A DNA stretch of 64,000 bases from Alphaproteobacteria bacterium (lineage in GTDB: Bacteria > Pseudomonadota > Alphaproteobacteria > CAAHEQ01 > UBA3637), in assembly GCA_015062385.1 (NCBI GenBank), contig SUUT01000004.1:8433-72432 (forward strand), read 5' to 3'. A program made the position numbers and the translations under genes. Positions within the stretch are counted from its first letter, which is position 1. Every line of letters begins with the position of its first letter. Below the pieces are notes generated by a model, which was given only the letters and a program-made list of their open reading frames with translations, was not told the origin of the DNA and made no database searches. Below are positions 1-9,317 of this stretch, one piece after another.

Positions 1-449
1 TGAACAAGTGCATATTCCGGTGCAAACAATCCCATTGCTTGATCATAAATTTGTCGTTCACTGTATGTTTGTTCATGTTTGTCCGGATCTTTATACAAAT
101 CACGTAAAACTTCTGCCAAAGCAATCGGATTACCTGATTTAATTTTTTCCTGATATTCCTGTGAGCGACGACTCCATTGAACACGTTTAATTTTCGCTTT
201 ACCTGTTAACACCTGTTCAGCAGAATCCATAATAGCACAAGAAGATAATTGTCGTAAAGCGGTTGCTTCTTTTTTGATACTGGATACCGGAATTTTAACT
301 GTTGCTTTATCTTTATTAAAATTAACAGAAATGAAATCCAAACTTTGCCCTCCGATATTTTCTGATTTAATTTCAGTTACCTGTCCAACGCCCCGAGCGG
401 GGTAAACAACAAAATCACCGGGATTAAACATATATTCATCTTTTGCCAT
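1..449 (-). CDS. CarD/CdnL-family RNAP-binding transcription factor (N-terminal ~149 codons; 3' end lies beyond the window start)
   Basis: The minus-strand frame is open from pos 1 to the ATG at 449-447, with a GGAGAG RBS upstream. It reads MAKDEYMFNPGDFVVYPARGVGQVTEIKSE..., typical of the CarD_CdnL_TRCF domain. It is absent from the ORF track because the window edge truncates it. Confidence 0.7.
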   Translation of the reverse strand, partial: MAKDEYMFNPGDFVVYPARGVGQVTEIKSENIGGQSLDFISVNFNKDKATVKIPVSSIKKEATALRQLSSCAIMDSAEQVLTGKAKIKRVQWSRRSQEYQEKIKSGNPIALAEVLRDLYKDPDKHEQTYSERQIYDQAMGLFAPEYALV

Positions 450-595
450 ACTTCACTCTCCTTAAAATTAACCATACGAACAAGCTGAGTATAGCACATT
501 TTTAGAAATTTTCAAATAAAAAACAGAATAATTTTTATTTTTTTCAAATAAAAAGTCTCTAAAAAATATTAATTTTTGAAAAATACAAAAAACAC

Positions 596-624
596 TTGCA
601 TTTTAAAACAAATACTGATAAAAT
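596..624 (+). promoter_or_regulatory. Candidate sigma70 promoter of tRNA-Met
   Basis: TTGCAT (596-601), 17-nt spacer, TAAAAT (619-624), ending ~15 nt upstream of the tRNA 5' end. Confidence 0.4.
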
Positions 625-639
625 ACACTTTAATTGAAT

Positions 640-716
640 GGGTCTGTAGCGCAGTTGGTTAGAGCTGGCCGCTCATAACGGTCTGGTCGGGGGTTCGAGT
701 CCCTCCGGACCCACCA
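640..716 (+). tRNA. tRNA-Met (anticodon CAT; elongator-type, Ile2/lysidine not excluded)
   Basis: 77-nt cloverleaf with acceptor GGGTCTG/CGGACCC. The anticodon stem GGCCG/CGGTC carries loop CTCATAA. T-loop TTCGAGT and an encoded CCA are present. The G1-C72 pair argues against an initiator. Confidence 0.9.
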
Positions 717-1044
717 ATTATAAAAGTCTTATCAAAATTGATAAGACTTTTTATTTTGATATGGGATGTTCAATTCCAACATCAATTCATTTATGACTAC
801 CGTCATAATGCATTGTGTTTCATTGCGTTTCACTGCAAAACTCCGGCCACAGGCAGGTTTTTGCGGTGACGTCCTCTTTTTTTTGTGCCTTGATGAGGCC
901 TCAAAAGCCCATTGTTTGCGGGGTTTGTGAGATTCAGTGTTTCATTTATGATGTGAGCACTTTAACCACCGCTAAGAGATTTTTGATTGAAATTAAGAAA
1001 AATAGATACTTTTGGATTGACCTCGTCCAAATCAAAAAATGCCT
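711..1044 (+). repeat. Left copy of the ~334-bp direct repeat flanking island 1 (starts with the CCACCA end of tRNA-Met)
   Basis: Aligns end to end with 25527-25859, with scattered substitutions and 1-nt indels (roughly 90% identity by eye). Weaker similarity continues to ~1125 / ~25945. Confidence 0.85.
723..757 (+). terminator. Rho-independent terminator after tRNA-Met
   Basis: Stem AAAGTCTTATCA / TGATAAGACTTT with loop AAAT, followed by a T-rich run (TTTTTATTTT). Confidence 0.7.
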
Positions 1045-1133
1045 AATTTAGGTGCTTTTCTCTATCCTCAACCTCGCACCCTATATCCATCACCAGACTA
1101 CAGTTGCGAACCCCAGGCCACTTGGGAGGGATA

Positions 1134-2370
1134 CTAACAAACATCTTTTGTTATTTCTTCAAATTCTTTTTTTTGTTTTCTTGGAATATCTTCAATTTCT
1201 GTTTCTGCATAATATTTTTTCATGTCATCATAAAAATCCGTTGAGAAACAAAGTCCTTGGGCAACTAAAAGTCTTTTCGGGTCAATTGATTCAGAAGTAT
1301 GTATATATTGTGTATCTGGTAATAAAATATTTCTATACCCTTTAAAACCTCTATGACTTAATTGTTTTATTAAAATATCACGTTCATAATTATAAATTAC
1401 CTCTTTATATGCTTTTATATAAGAACCACCGCCACAGATAATTAGAGGCAAATAGCTTTCCCATTCATCTGCATTAGGATCTCTATTTATTTTTGTTCTC
1501 CATATTACTCTACCAAGTTGTTTAAAGAAGCTTTTTTCTATATTCCCTTTATTTGTTGCTTCATAGTATCTGTCAGCACCAAGTTCCAATACAGATGATT
1601 TAAAGAATGAATAAATATCTGCAGATTCATTTCGATGAATTCTGAAGGTACAGATGTCCGTTGTTCCTGCGCCTATATCTATTGCACAATACAAACCTTG
1701 TGCAGCAGAATCTTCTTGTGTTACAAAAGATGAAACAGCCGCAACAATCTCTGGAATAACTGAATACTCTATATCAGGATCGGAATTACCAATCTTTTTA
1801 TAATTGTTTAAATCTATCTTTGATTTTTTTGACAAATTATATGCTATTTTAAGAAGGTTTAAATATTTTTTATTATCTCCTGTAGAACTAAATTTAGCAG
1901 ATGGAATTCCCATTATTAATTGACCATATGATTTCTTTGTTTTTCATAAAGTCTCTATTGCTATATTTTTTTACAAACCATTCTTTAGAATATTGTATAA
2001 CAAGAGCAATAAATACCCTTAGGTAATCTGCTGAGTTTTCTTCGTTATTCATAAAATTTACTTTTAGATTTTCTAAAATTTTCTGTTTATGAGTTTTCTC
2101 ACTAATAGAAACCTTTGAAAATTTACTTGCCAACCGTTCAAAAAAATTAGGAATTTCTTGTTCTATTCTATATAGAGGCAACTCAAATTGTTTCGTTTCA
2201 AGATTTATAGCGAGTTTTGTAGGAAGTAGGTAAGTTGCATCTTCGGTTTTATCTTTTTCGAAGTCCACAACAAAAAAACTATCATCTGCAAAAAGAGGAT
2301 GTATCACAACTTTAGTAGTTGATGTTCCTATATCCAAACCAATACATAAATCTAAAATTTCTTTTTCCAT
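1134..2370 (-). pseudogene. Hsp70/actin-like (ASKHA) ATPase, split by a frameshift near 1894-1950
   Basis: ORFs 1894-2370 and 1134-1913 overlap by 20 nt in different frames. Phosphate-1 motif GLDIGTSTTKV lies in the first ORF; phosphate-2 AIDIGAGTTDI and adenosine motif IICGGGS lie in the second. The start is 3 nt after the SNF2 stop. Confidence 0.55.
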
Positions 2371-2373
2371 TTG

Positions 2374-5300
2374 TTATTCCACTTTTAAAAGGACCATACA
2401 AATATCATCTTTATCATAGATAAGTTGTTTGTTTTTTTCTATGTTTTCTAGTTTCAATAATAGATTAGATTCCATTTTTCGGAATTTTCCCTCGTTTGCA
2501 GGTATCATTTTTTCTTTATGTTCACTGATAAGTTTTTCGCGTAGCATATTAAATTTGTTACGTTTATCTTCTAAGTGATTTTCAATTGTCTTTTTCTGTA
2601 ATTCAGCACGATCGAAGTTTTTATTTTCTATTTTTTGAATTTCTTCATCATATTTTTCCTCATTTATTCCTAGAATTTCCGACGCTAAAGTTTCAAGTTC
2701 TTGATAATTAATTCCACCACGATCCGTCCAATCCAGTCCATCAGAGACAGCATTCAATATTAATTCCTCAGATAAATCATCTGAAATCGTCTCTTTTGAA
2801 TGTAAATCATATCCTGAGTATAGTATTTTAGCATAATGAGTTATTCCCTGGGCAGATACAAATGAAGCGCCAATTAAATATTCCCCTTTATTTTCTCCTT
2901 TAATACGTATGGCCGCACAAGGATATGTTGAAAAATCAATGTCTTTTATTTTTTCACGTAAAAATTTAATGATAGGATGTGTCTGATTTATAATTTCTGA
3001 ATTAGGAGATGATGCTGTTATTTTATTATTAAAAGAACATATTATATTTGAATAGTTTTGTAATATTTTAGAGTGAGAACCATACCCATTTCGTTCACAG
3101 AACTGCGAAAAATCACTGGCAAAACTAACGGGAAATGAAATAGTGTATTCATTTTCATTGTGTGTTTTACTAGATAATACTGTCGGATAAAGCTTTCTTA
3201 TCGTTCTAAGAACATAAGAAGATAAATCTTTTGCTGTGATTTTTTTTCCTTGTTCTGCTTGTATTCGTTCCAAAATGTAATCACCATATGCAGCAAGTTC
3301 AGCCGCACTGCTTTCTAATTTTTCATTTTCAATTTTTTTATTTATAATAGCTCGTTCAGTCTGCTCGATCTTTTTGCTTTGTTCTTCAGGTGACAATAGT
3401 AATAAGTTTAATGATAATTGCTTAAACATATCGCCAAGAACGACTTCAAAATCGCCTAAAACACTGGTACAAATATTGAATTTTGTATATAGTTTTTCAT
3501 AAATTCTAGCATCAATAGTACTATCGTGAAATAAATTCCATATGAGTATTTTATCAGATTTTTGTCCTATACGATCAAGACGGCCTATACGTTGTTCAAC
3601 TCTCATTGGATTCCATGGAAGATCATAGTTTATAAGTAAGCGACAGAACTGTAAATCTACACCTTCACTACCAACTTCAGATGCCAATAGTATTTTGATA
3701 TTTTCATCTTTTTGGAATTTGGATAATACTTCATCTTTACTTTTAACTTTTCCAGTTAAAAGTATAGAATCTATATTATGTTCATGTAATCTTGTATGTA
3801 AATATTCCAGAGTAGGTATGAAAGAAGAAAACAATACAATTTTTTCATCATGATACTTTGCTTGCATATCTTTTATTGTTTCTAAAAGTCTTTCAAATTT
3901 GGTATCATTTTTGAGCAATTCTTTTTCATACTTGAATTTTGATATTTTGTCGTATATGGCTCTCATAAAGTCACTAGGCAGTTTTTCTTCATCTATGTTT
4001 TCTATATCTTCATTATAGATATTCGCATTTTTTTCTTTCCAAGATTGTAAAGTTGAATATAAACAACTTGTTAACATTCGTTGCGGTTGACATAATAGAA
4101 AAAGGGTAAAACCAGGACCAGCTCCCATAACATTATTTTCAGCGTACTCATGAATAGATTTAGTAACTGTATCATATAATTCTTGTTCATATATACTCAT
4201 TTCTATTTTTTCAGGAATTGCTTCTCGAACAGCTCTGAATTCATGAACATCTCTTTTTCTTGTTCGATTATATATGTATCCAATGGAATTTATTTCATCT
4301 AATTCATATGCAATTTCTTGTGATTCTTTGAGCCCTATGGGAGCTTGTTTTTTCTTAAGTTTTTGAATAAGGCTTTCTAATTGTTTGCTATCCCTCATTA
4401 TACCAAAATGATCTGAAGCTTGAATATCTTCTAAAGCTTCTATAACTTCATCATTATTTAAATGAGAAGAAATTAATCTTTTTCGTAATTGAACTAATTG
4501 TTCATTGTTTTTTAGCATTCTATCAAAATATTCTTGGATGGGAAAATGATCTTCGTCTAGTATATTAACCAAAGAGAATAGGTCATCCGTTTTATTTTGA
4601 ATTGGAGTTGCAGATAGAAAAACAGCATAATCAGAAATTTTTCTTAAGAGGTTAGCGCACTTATGAGCTCTTGTTTCTGAATTTCTTAGATAATGAGCCT
4701 CATCTATAATAAGCATGTCAATTAGTTCTTTATCATCTTCATAGTATTTTGCTAGTTCTGCTTGTATTTGTTCGGAAGCCATTCCTTGCATGCTACAAAT
4801 TAAAGCAAAATCCTCATCTGAGTTTATTCTTTTAACAGCATCAGATGCTTTGACAATTTCTGCTTTTACACCAATTTTATTTCGTAATTCTACACGCCAT
4901 TTTTCACTTAAAACTTTTGAGCAAACAATAAATAATCTTTTAAAATCATATCGTTGTTTTAATTCAGTCCATATAAGTCCGGCTTCAATTGTTTTACCTA
5001 AACCAACTTCATCGGCAATTAAAATTGAATTAGATGGAGAGTTTATAATTTTACATACTGGTTTAAATTGATACGCATAAAAATCTGTGTTAGTAACATC
5101 CATACTATATATGATATTACTAAGATTTCCATTGATTCTTGTTTGTGTTATAACTTGGCGAACATCGTTAGCTGATGAGAATTTATTCATGCCAATTAAA
5201 TCCGGTAATGTATAACTTTCTATTGTTTGTTGTAATTCTAGTTGATCTTCAGGAATTTGTTGTAAGATACCATTATTAAATTTGATGGGCCAAATTGTTC

Positions 5301-5388
5301 TGTTTAATCTTATTTTTGAGGTACCATGAATTGTTCCAATTTTAGATGGATTTGATTTTAAAACAACAACATCTCCAATATTAAACAT
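2374..5388 (-). CDS. SNF2-family helicase/ATPase (1004 aa) with small N-terminal beta-rich domain and ~350-aa C-terminal extension
   Basis: Motifs are ADEVGLGKT (I), LIIDEAHYLRN (II), LSATP (III), and GSEGVDLQ plus WNPMRVEQRIGRLDRIGQ (V/VI). An AAGGA RBS lies 7 nt before the ATG at 5388. Confidence 0.85.
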   Translation of the reverse strand: MFNIGDVVVLKSNPSKIGTIHGTSKIRLNRTIWPIKFNNGILQQIPEDQLELQQTIESYTLPDLIGMNKFSSANDVRQVITQTRINGNLSNIIYSMDVTNTDFYAYQFKPVCKIINSPSNSILIADEVGLGKTIEAGLIWTELKQRYDFKRLFIVCSKVLSEKWRVELRNKIGVKAEIVKASDAVKRINSDEDFALICSMQGMASEQIQAELAKYYEDDKELIDMLIIDEAHYLRNSETRAHKCANLLRKISDYAVFLSATPIQNKTDDLFSLVNILDEDHFPIQEYFDRMLKNNEQLVQLRKRLISSHLNNDEVIEALEDIQASDHFGIMRDSKQLESLIQKLKKKQAPIGLKESQEIAYELDEINSIGYIYNRTRKRDVHEFRAVREAIPEKIEMSIYEQELYDTVTKSIHEYAENNVMGAGPGFTLFLLCQPQRMLTSCLYSTLQSWKEKNANIYNEDIENIDEEKLPSDFMRAIYDKISKFKYEKELLKNDTKFERLLETIKDMQAKYHDEKIVLFSSFIPTLEYLHTRLHEHNIDSILLTGKVKSKDEVLSKFQKDENIKILLASEVGSEGVDLQFCRLLINYDLPWNPMRVEQRIGRLDRIGQKSDKILIWNLFHDSTIDARIYEKLYTKFNICTSVLGDFEVVLGDMFKQLSLNLLLLSPEEQSKKIEQTERAIINKKIENEKLESSAAELAAYGDYILERIQAEQGKKITAKDLSSYVLRTIRKLYPTVLSSKTHNENEYTISFPVSFASDFSQFCERNGYGSHSKILQNYSNIICSFNNKITASSPNSEIINQTHPIIKFLREKIKDIDFSTYPCAAIRIKGENKGEYLIGASFVSAQGITHYAKILYSGYDLHSKETISDDLSEELILNAVSDGLDWTDRGGINYQELETLASEILGINEEKYDEEIQKIENKNFDRAELQKKTIENHLEDKRNKFNMLREKLISEHKEKMIPANEGKFRKMESNLLLKLENIEKNKQLIYDKDDICMVLLKVE

Positions 5389-5546
5389 CTATTATCCTTG
5401 TTCAATTTAAGTTGATAGTAAATAAGCTATATAAGCATAACCCAAAGTTTTATAAATTACAAGGTTCTAGCACTATTTTTTCTTAGATTGACTGGACTTA
5501 TTCGTTTTTCTAAGCATTCATTGTCTTGTGACGAAAGGAGTTCATT

Positions 5547-5861
5547 ATGGAAACAGTTAAAGTTTATATGGTGCGAAAACCTTCGGATTTTGAAGAAGTA
5601 AAAACTTTATGCAAAAAGTATACGCATGAGGCCGAAGAGGTCTTAATTGAAGAAACTGTCAACCTACCACCAACTTGGTATGAGGAGTTTTGCCAACGCC
5701 CATTGGATAACTACATTTTCTTATCCAGTAAAGGCGGTTATGATGATACAGGCCACCGCAAAGTAGTTGCTATAAAATGCCTAGGCAAGCCAACGCTTTA
5801 TGTTGATCCTTCCGGTTCAAGCTATTGCCGATATATGGGAGTGGAAAATGAAGACCTATAA
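5547..5861 (+). CDS. Hypothetical small protein (104 aa), mobile-element type
   Basis: ATG is preceded by AAAGGAG. No family is recognised with confidence. The ORF overlaps the next small ORF. Confidence 0.45.
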   Translation: METVKVYMVRKPSDFEEVKTLCKKYTHEAEEVLIEETVNLPPTWYEEFCQRPLDNYIFLSSKGGYDDTGHRKVVAIKCLGKPTLYVDPSGSSYCRYMGVENEDL

Positions 5862-6060
5862 AGACATTCCACCTAATCACAAAATCAGCATGCCGATGGT
5901 TTATAACCACGCAATCAGAGTACTTGATAGACTGGATAGACGACTGAGCAGACTTAACATCCCAGCGCTACCAATTAAATATAAATACGAAATCAATCGT
6001 CTTGCACATAAACTGGAACAAATGGTCGCTAAATACAAAGCCATTGAGAAGGAGTTGTAA
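5848..6060 (+). CDS. Hypothetical small protein (~70 aa)
   Basis: The internal ATG at 5848 has a GGAG RBS and overlaps the stop of the upstream ORF (translational coupling). The track ORF starts at 5800. Confidence 0.35.
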   Translation: MKTYKDIPPNHKISMPMVYNHAIRVLDRLDRRLSRLNIPALPIKYKYEINRLAHKLEQMVAKYKAIEKEL

Positions 6061-6111
6061 TATGTCCGAACCAAAATATCAAAAACCTAACTTTACAGAT
6101 CATATAGTAAA

Positions 6112-6684
6112 TTATTGAATTTGTCTTAACGATATATTGTAATCGTATGATGTTATAACAACTCTGTTAATTTTAATATATTTACCAAAATCTTTATCTG
6201 TGTTTTTTAATTTATCATTTATGGTTTCTTGTAAATTATTTAAATTAAGGAATCCTGTTTGTTTAGTATCTAAGAAACATTTTGATAATAGTAAGTGCAC
6301 CTGATTTGACACAAAGAGATATAATGGGTTTATTTGATTATTAAAATCATTATTTAGTTCATAAATTACTTTAGGGTCTATTATACGAAATTCTACTTGA
6401 GTATCAACTACAACGTTATAAGGTACAGTTTTAATATTATTACATCCAAAAGAGTGGGCTGTGCTATTAAAAGTTTGACAGCGTATATCAACAATATCAA
6501 AAGTTTGAAAAAAAGGAAATTTCCAACAAAACCTCTCACCATTTTCATAAATTTTAGTCGGTTTTCCACATGTTTTTTTTATAATATTAAAACCTTCATG
6601 TCTAAAATATAGTGGCCATATATATTCCAGGATAGTATTCCAAAATTTTAATATTAATTCCGCAAAACTTAGTGTATTATCCAT
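6112..6684 (-). CDS. SPFH/Band-7 (prohibitin-like) domain protein
   Basis: The pattern ...FPFFQTFDIVDIRCQTF...VVVDTQVEFRIIDPKVIY resembles the SPFH core (Pf..v..vd.r.q ... v.vd..v.yrI.dp). The ATG at 6684 has a GAGGTG RBS; the track ORF starts at a TTG at 6699. Confidence 0.45.
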   Translation of the reverse strand: MDNTLSFAELILKFWNTILEYIWPLYFRHEGFNIIKKTCGKPTKIYENGERFCWKFPFFQTFDIVDIRCQTFNSTAHSFGCNNIKTVPYNVVVDTQVEFRIIDPKVIYELNNDFNNQINPLYLFVSNQVHLLLSKCFLDTKQTGFLNLNNLQETINDKLKNTDKDFGKYIKINRVVITSYDYNISLRQIQ

Positions 6685-6712
6685 ATTTTCACCTCTCAAC
6701 GTATTCTTTATC

Positions 6713-7171
6713 TTACAATTTCAAATACTTCAAAAACGCATCACAACCTTCAACGATATCCCAATAGGTTTCATCAAAGTTACCGGTGTACCAAGGGTCT
6801 TTGATATTGCGGGGCTTATTTGCAAAATCTAGCAAGCGATGAATTTTATTATCCGTATCCACGCCAACGATAGATTGAATATCTTCAACATTACTATCAT
6901 CCATCGCTAAGATATAATCATAATACGCATAATCAGATGGCCGAATACGACGAGAATAATGTTCTTCAAAAGGAACGTGCATAGATTTCAACATCTCATG
7001 CGTACCATAGTGAATACCGGCATGACACATTTCATTATATCCCTCGGTGGCGGCAGAATCAATTTCAAACCGGTCAGCTAAACCGCTTTCCTCAACCATT
7101 TGCTTAAACACAAACTGCGCCATCGGCGACCGACAAATATTCCCTAAACATACAAACAGAACTTTAATCAT
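6713..7171 (-). CDS. Low-molecular-weight protein-tyrosine phosphatase (ArsC-like fold)
   Basis: P-loop VLFVCLGNICRSPMA (CX5R-S) lies at the N-terminus and the DP acid loop (IKDPWY) near the C-terminus. The start is 2-12 nt after the HNH stop. Confidence 0.85.
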   Translation of the reverse strand: MIKVLFVCLGNICRSPMAQFVFKQMVEESGLADRFEIDSAATEGYNEMCHAGIHYGTHEMLKSMHVPFEEHYSRRIRPSDYAYYDYILAMDDSNVEDIQSIVGVDTDNKIHRLLDFANKPRNIKDPWYTGNFDETYWDIVEGCDAFLKYLKL

Positions 7172-7182
7172 GATTTCCAATA

Positions 7183-7779
7183 TTATCCAAAATGTCTTTT
7201 CCTATGGCAGTTGGGGCAAAGGGCCACCGTATTTTTAAGAGTATCTTTTCCTCCTTCTGATAAAGGCTTTATATGGTGGACTTCAAGATAAGGAGTTCCA
7301 TCGCTTTTTCTGTTAAAGGGGGCTTTTTGTTTACAATCTTCACATATACCATTTGCTAAATAAAGTCTTTCTGCCACAACATCAGGATTTCTGATAAAAG
7401 TATTTGTAATTACTTGTTTTATAGTAGTTTTAGAAGTGTTTTTCTTAAGCCTTTCCAACCTTGCATCATGACTATCTTTGAACGACAATGTAATTGCACT
7501 GGCAAAATTACTGACATTAATGTTACTAAAGAACCTAAAATAATGATTAAGTCCAGCAGAATACATATGATTTCCTATGCTATCAGTTTTTATAAAATCA
7601 GTGCTATTTTGAGAATTTTTCAGAATAATCAATAAATCATTTACGTTATCGCAGCTATAAATATCTTTATTTATTATACTCTTTACATACGAAGGTACTT
7701 GTTCTGAATATTTTTTAACGGATGCTGAAGAAAGGCCTAATTCTGTTAAGTATTTTTGAAACTCACTTTTTAAATCCAT
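7183..7779 (-). CDS. HNH endonuclease (probable restriction partner of the adjacent C5-methyltransferase)
   Basis: C-terminal CEDCKQKAPF...LEVHHIKPLSEGGKDTLKNTVALCPNCHRKRH is a canonical HNH/zinc-finger motif. The ORF overlaps the MTase stop by 17 nt. Confidence 0.8.
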   Translation of the reverse strand: MDLKSEFQKYLTELGLSSASVKKYSEQVPSYVKSIINKDIYSCDNVNDLLIILKNSQNSTDFIKTDSIGNHMYSAGLNHYFRFFSNINVSNFASAITLSFKDSHDARLERLKKNTSKTTIKQVITNTFIRNPDVVAERLYLANGICEDCKQKAPFNRKSDGTPYLEVHHIKPLSEGGKDTLKNTVALCPNCHRKRHFG

Positions 7780-8905
7780 TTTTAGATCCTTTTTGATACC
7801 TATTTAACTCTCTTAGTACCATTTCTGCCATTTCTTTAATTACTGGTATTGTTACGGAATTCCCAAACAGTTTATATTGTTGGGTATCGGAAACTTCTGA
7901 AGGAAAGCTAAAAGTATCCATACCTGTTTTTTCATTCTTAAAAGCATAATTAACGAAACCTTGGAGTTTTCCCCATTCAACCGGCGTCATAACACGCACA
8001 AATTTATTATTAATAGGAGTTTGTTTCTGTCCGTACATTTTTCCGGTATATTTTTCACCGTTTTTCTTATCAAATATCAGATTTCGTTCTTTTCCTGATC
8101 CTCCCGTAGCTAAAATTGTATTAGCTATAGGATGTTCAATATTCTCGGCATTAACTATTCTGTAACCGAAACCATTACCTTTATTTTTCTCTCTAACGGC
8201 ATGTTTTTCTAATGTTTCTAAGTATCCTTGTGACATAAAAAACTTGTCGGAAACTTCTTTTTCCAGCAGGTCATTTAAGTCCGTATACAGTTGTCCCTTT
8301 CTTTTAGATGGAATATGATCTGGTAATTTGATATCAGGATATTGTTCCAAATCGAACCCTATTATATATACTCTCGGACGATTTTGAGGAATACCGAAGT
8401 CCTTTGAATTTCTGATAAAATCCTTAGGGTTATAAATAATGTTTCCGTTGTTTTCTTTTTTAACACCGATTACTTTATAATTTAGCTCAGTCAATCTTTC
8501 CAATATTATTCTGAAAGTTCTTCCGCCATCATGCGTAGTCAAGTGGTCAACATTTTCTAAAAAGACAACTTTAGGACGTTTCTTACTGCGTTTTATTATA
8601 TCTAAAATATGGAAAAATATTGTCCCTTTTACAGTATCTTCAAATCCTGCTTTTTTTCCAGCTCTACTGAATGTTTGACAAGGAAAACCTGCCAATAATA
8701 CATCATAGTCTAATTTGGAACACTTATCTTTGAATTCATCTGAAGTAAGATCATTCCTTGGATTTTCTTTGTATAAATGCTCATAAGTCTTGCTGGCGTA
8801 TTCATCAATTTCTGCAGATAATACGTTTTCAAAACCTCCTGTCATTTCAAATCCTTTACGAATTCCGCCTATACCTGCGCATAAATCTATTGTTTTATAT
8901 TTCAT
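7763..8905 (-). CDS. DNA (cytosine-5)-methyltransferase
   Basis: Motifs are DLCAGIGG (I), GFPCQTFS (IV), FLENV (VI), QNRPRVYIIG (VIII) and GNSVTIPV (X). Confidence 0.92.
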   Translation of the reverse strand: MKYKTIDLCAGIGGIRKGFEMTGGFENVLSAEIDEYASKTYEHLYKENPRNDLTSDEFKDKCSKLDYDVLLAGFPCQTFSRAGKKAGFEDTVKGTIFFHILDIIKRSKKRPKVVFLENVDHLTTHDGGRTFRIILERLTELNYKVIGVKKENNGNIIYNPKDFIRNSKDFGIPQNRPRVYIIGFDLEQYPDIKLPDHIPSKRKGQLYTDLNDLLEKEVSDKFFMSQGYLETLEKHAVREKNKGNGFGYRIVNAENIEHPIANTILATGGSGKERNLIFDKKNGEKYTGKMYGQKQTPINNKFVRVMTPVEWGKLQGFVNYAFKNEKTGMDTFSFPSEVSDTQQYKLFGNSVTIPVIKEMAEMVLRELNRYQKGSKNGFKK

Positions 8906-9317
8906 GATCTTTTCCTAGTTCTTTAATAATTTTTTCAAAACACTCTTGAGGATTTCTTATAATTTCTTTACCCCAGAATCTTAATACTTTCCATCCGTTA
9001 TTTTCAAGTTTTTTATTAACTTCTTCATCTCTTTCTATATTCCTTTCTATTTTGTTTACCCAAAAATCCTTATTTGAGTGTATTTTGTTTTTATTCTCTG
9101 TCCATTTATAACCGTGCCAAAACTCACTATCACAGAAAATAGCGACCTTCTTACTTATGAATGCAATGTCAGGTTTCCCGAACACTTTGGAGCAGTTCTT
9201 TCTGTACCTATAGCCGTTTTCCCATAATATTTTTCTTAAGGCCAATTCAATTTTACTGTCCTTATTTCTGACTGCTTTCATGTTTTTATGTCTTTGTTCC
9301 GGGGTAATCCTATCCAT
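8895..9317 (-). CDS. vsr: Very-short-patch repair endonuclease
   Basis: TPEQRHKNMKAVRNKDSKIE...GKPDIAF...FCDSEFWHGY matches the Vsr family. The gene lies next to the C5-MTase, as is typical. Confidence 0.85.
   Translation of the reverse strand: MDRITPEQRHKNMKAVRNKDSKIELALRKILWENGYRYRKNCSKVFGKPDIAFISKKVAIFCDSEFWHGYKWTENKNKIHSNKDFWVNKIERNIERDEEVNKKLENNGWKVLRFWGKEIIRNPQECFEKIIKELGKDHEI

Noticed and set aside
815-1051. ORFs inside the long direct repeats (815-1051 +, 25512-25709 +, 25646-25846 -).
   Set aside because: The two repeat copies differ by 1-nt indels, so no reading frame is conserved between them. There is no RBS, and the region contains the tRNA terminator. It is treated as non-coding.
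4790-5071. Antisense shadow ORFs inside long genes. Examples: 4790-5071, 10094-10489, 12202-12781, 13521-13748, 14144-14374, 16305-16781, 27320-28212, 41331-42150, 43890-46172, 48900-50329, 51068-51322, 58030-59765.
   Set aside because: Each lies wholly within and opposite to a gene with strong family motifs. The peptides are low-complexity and no RBS is present.
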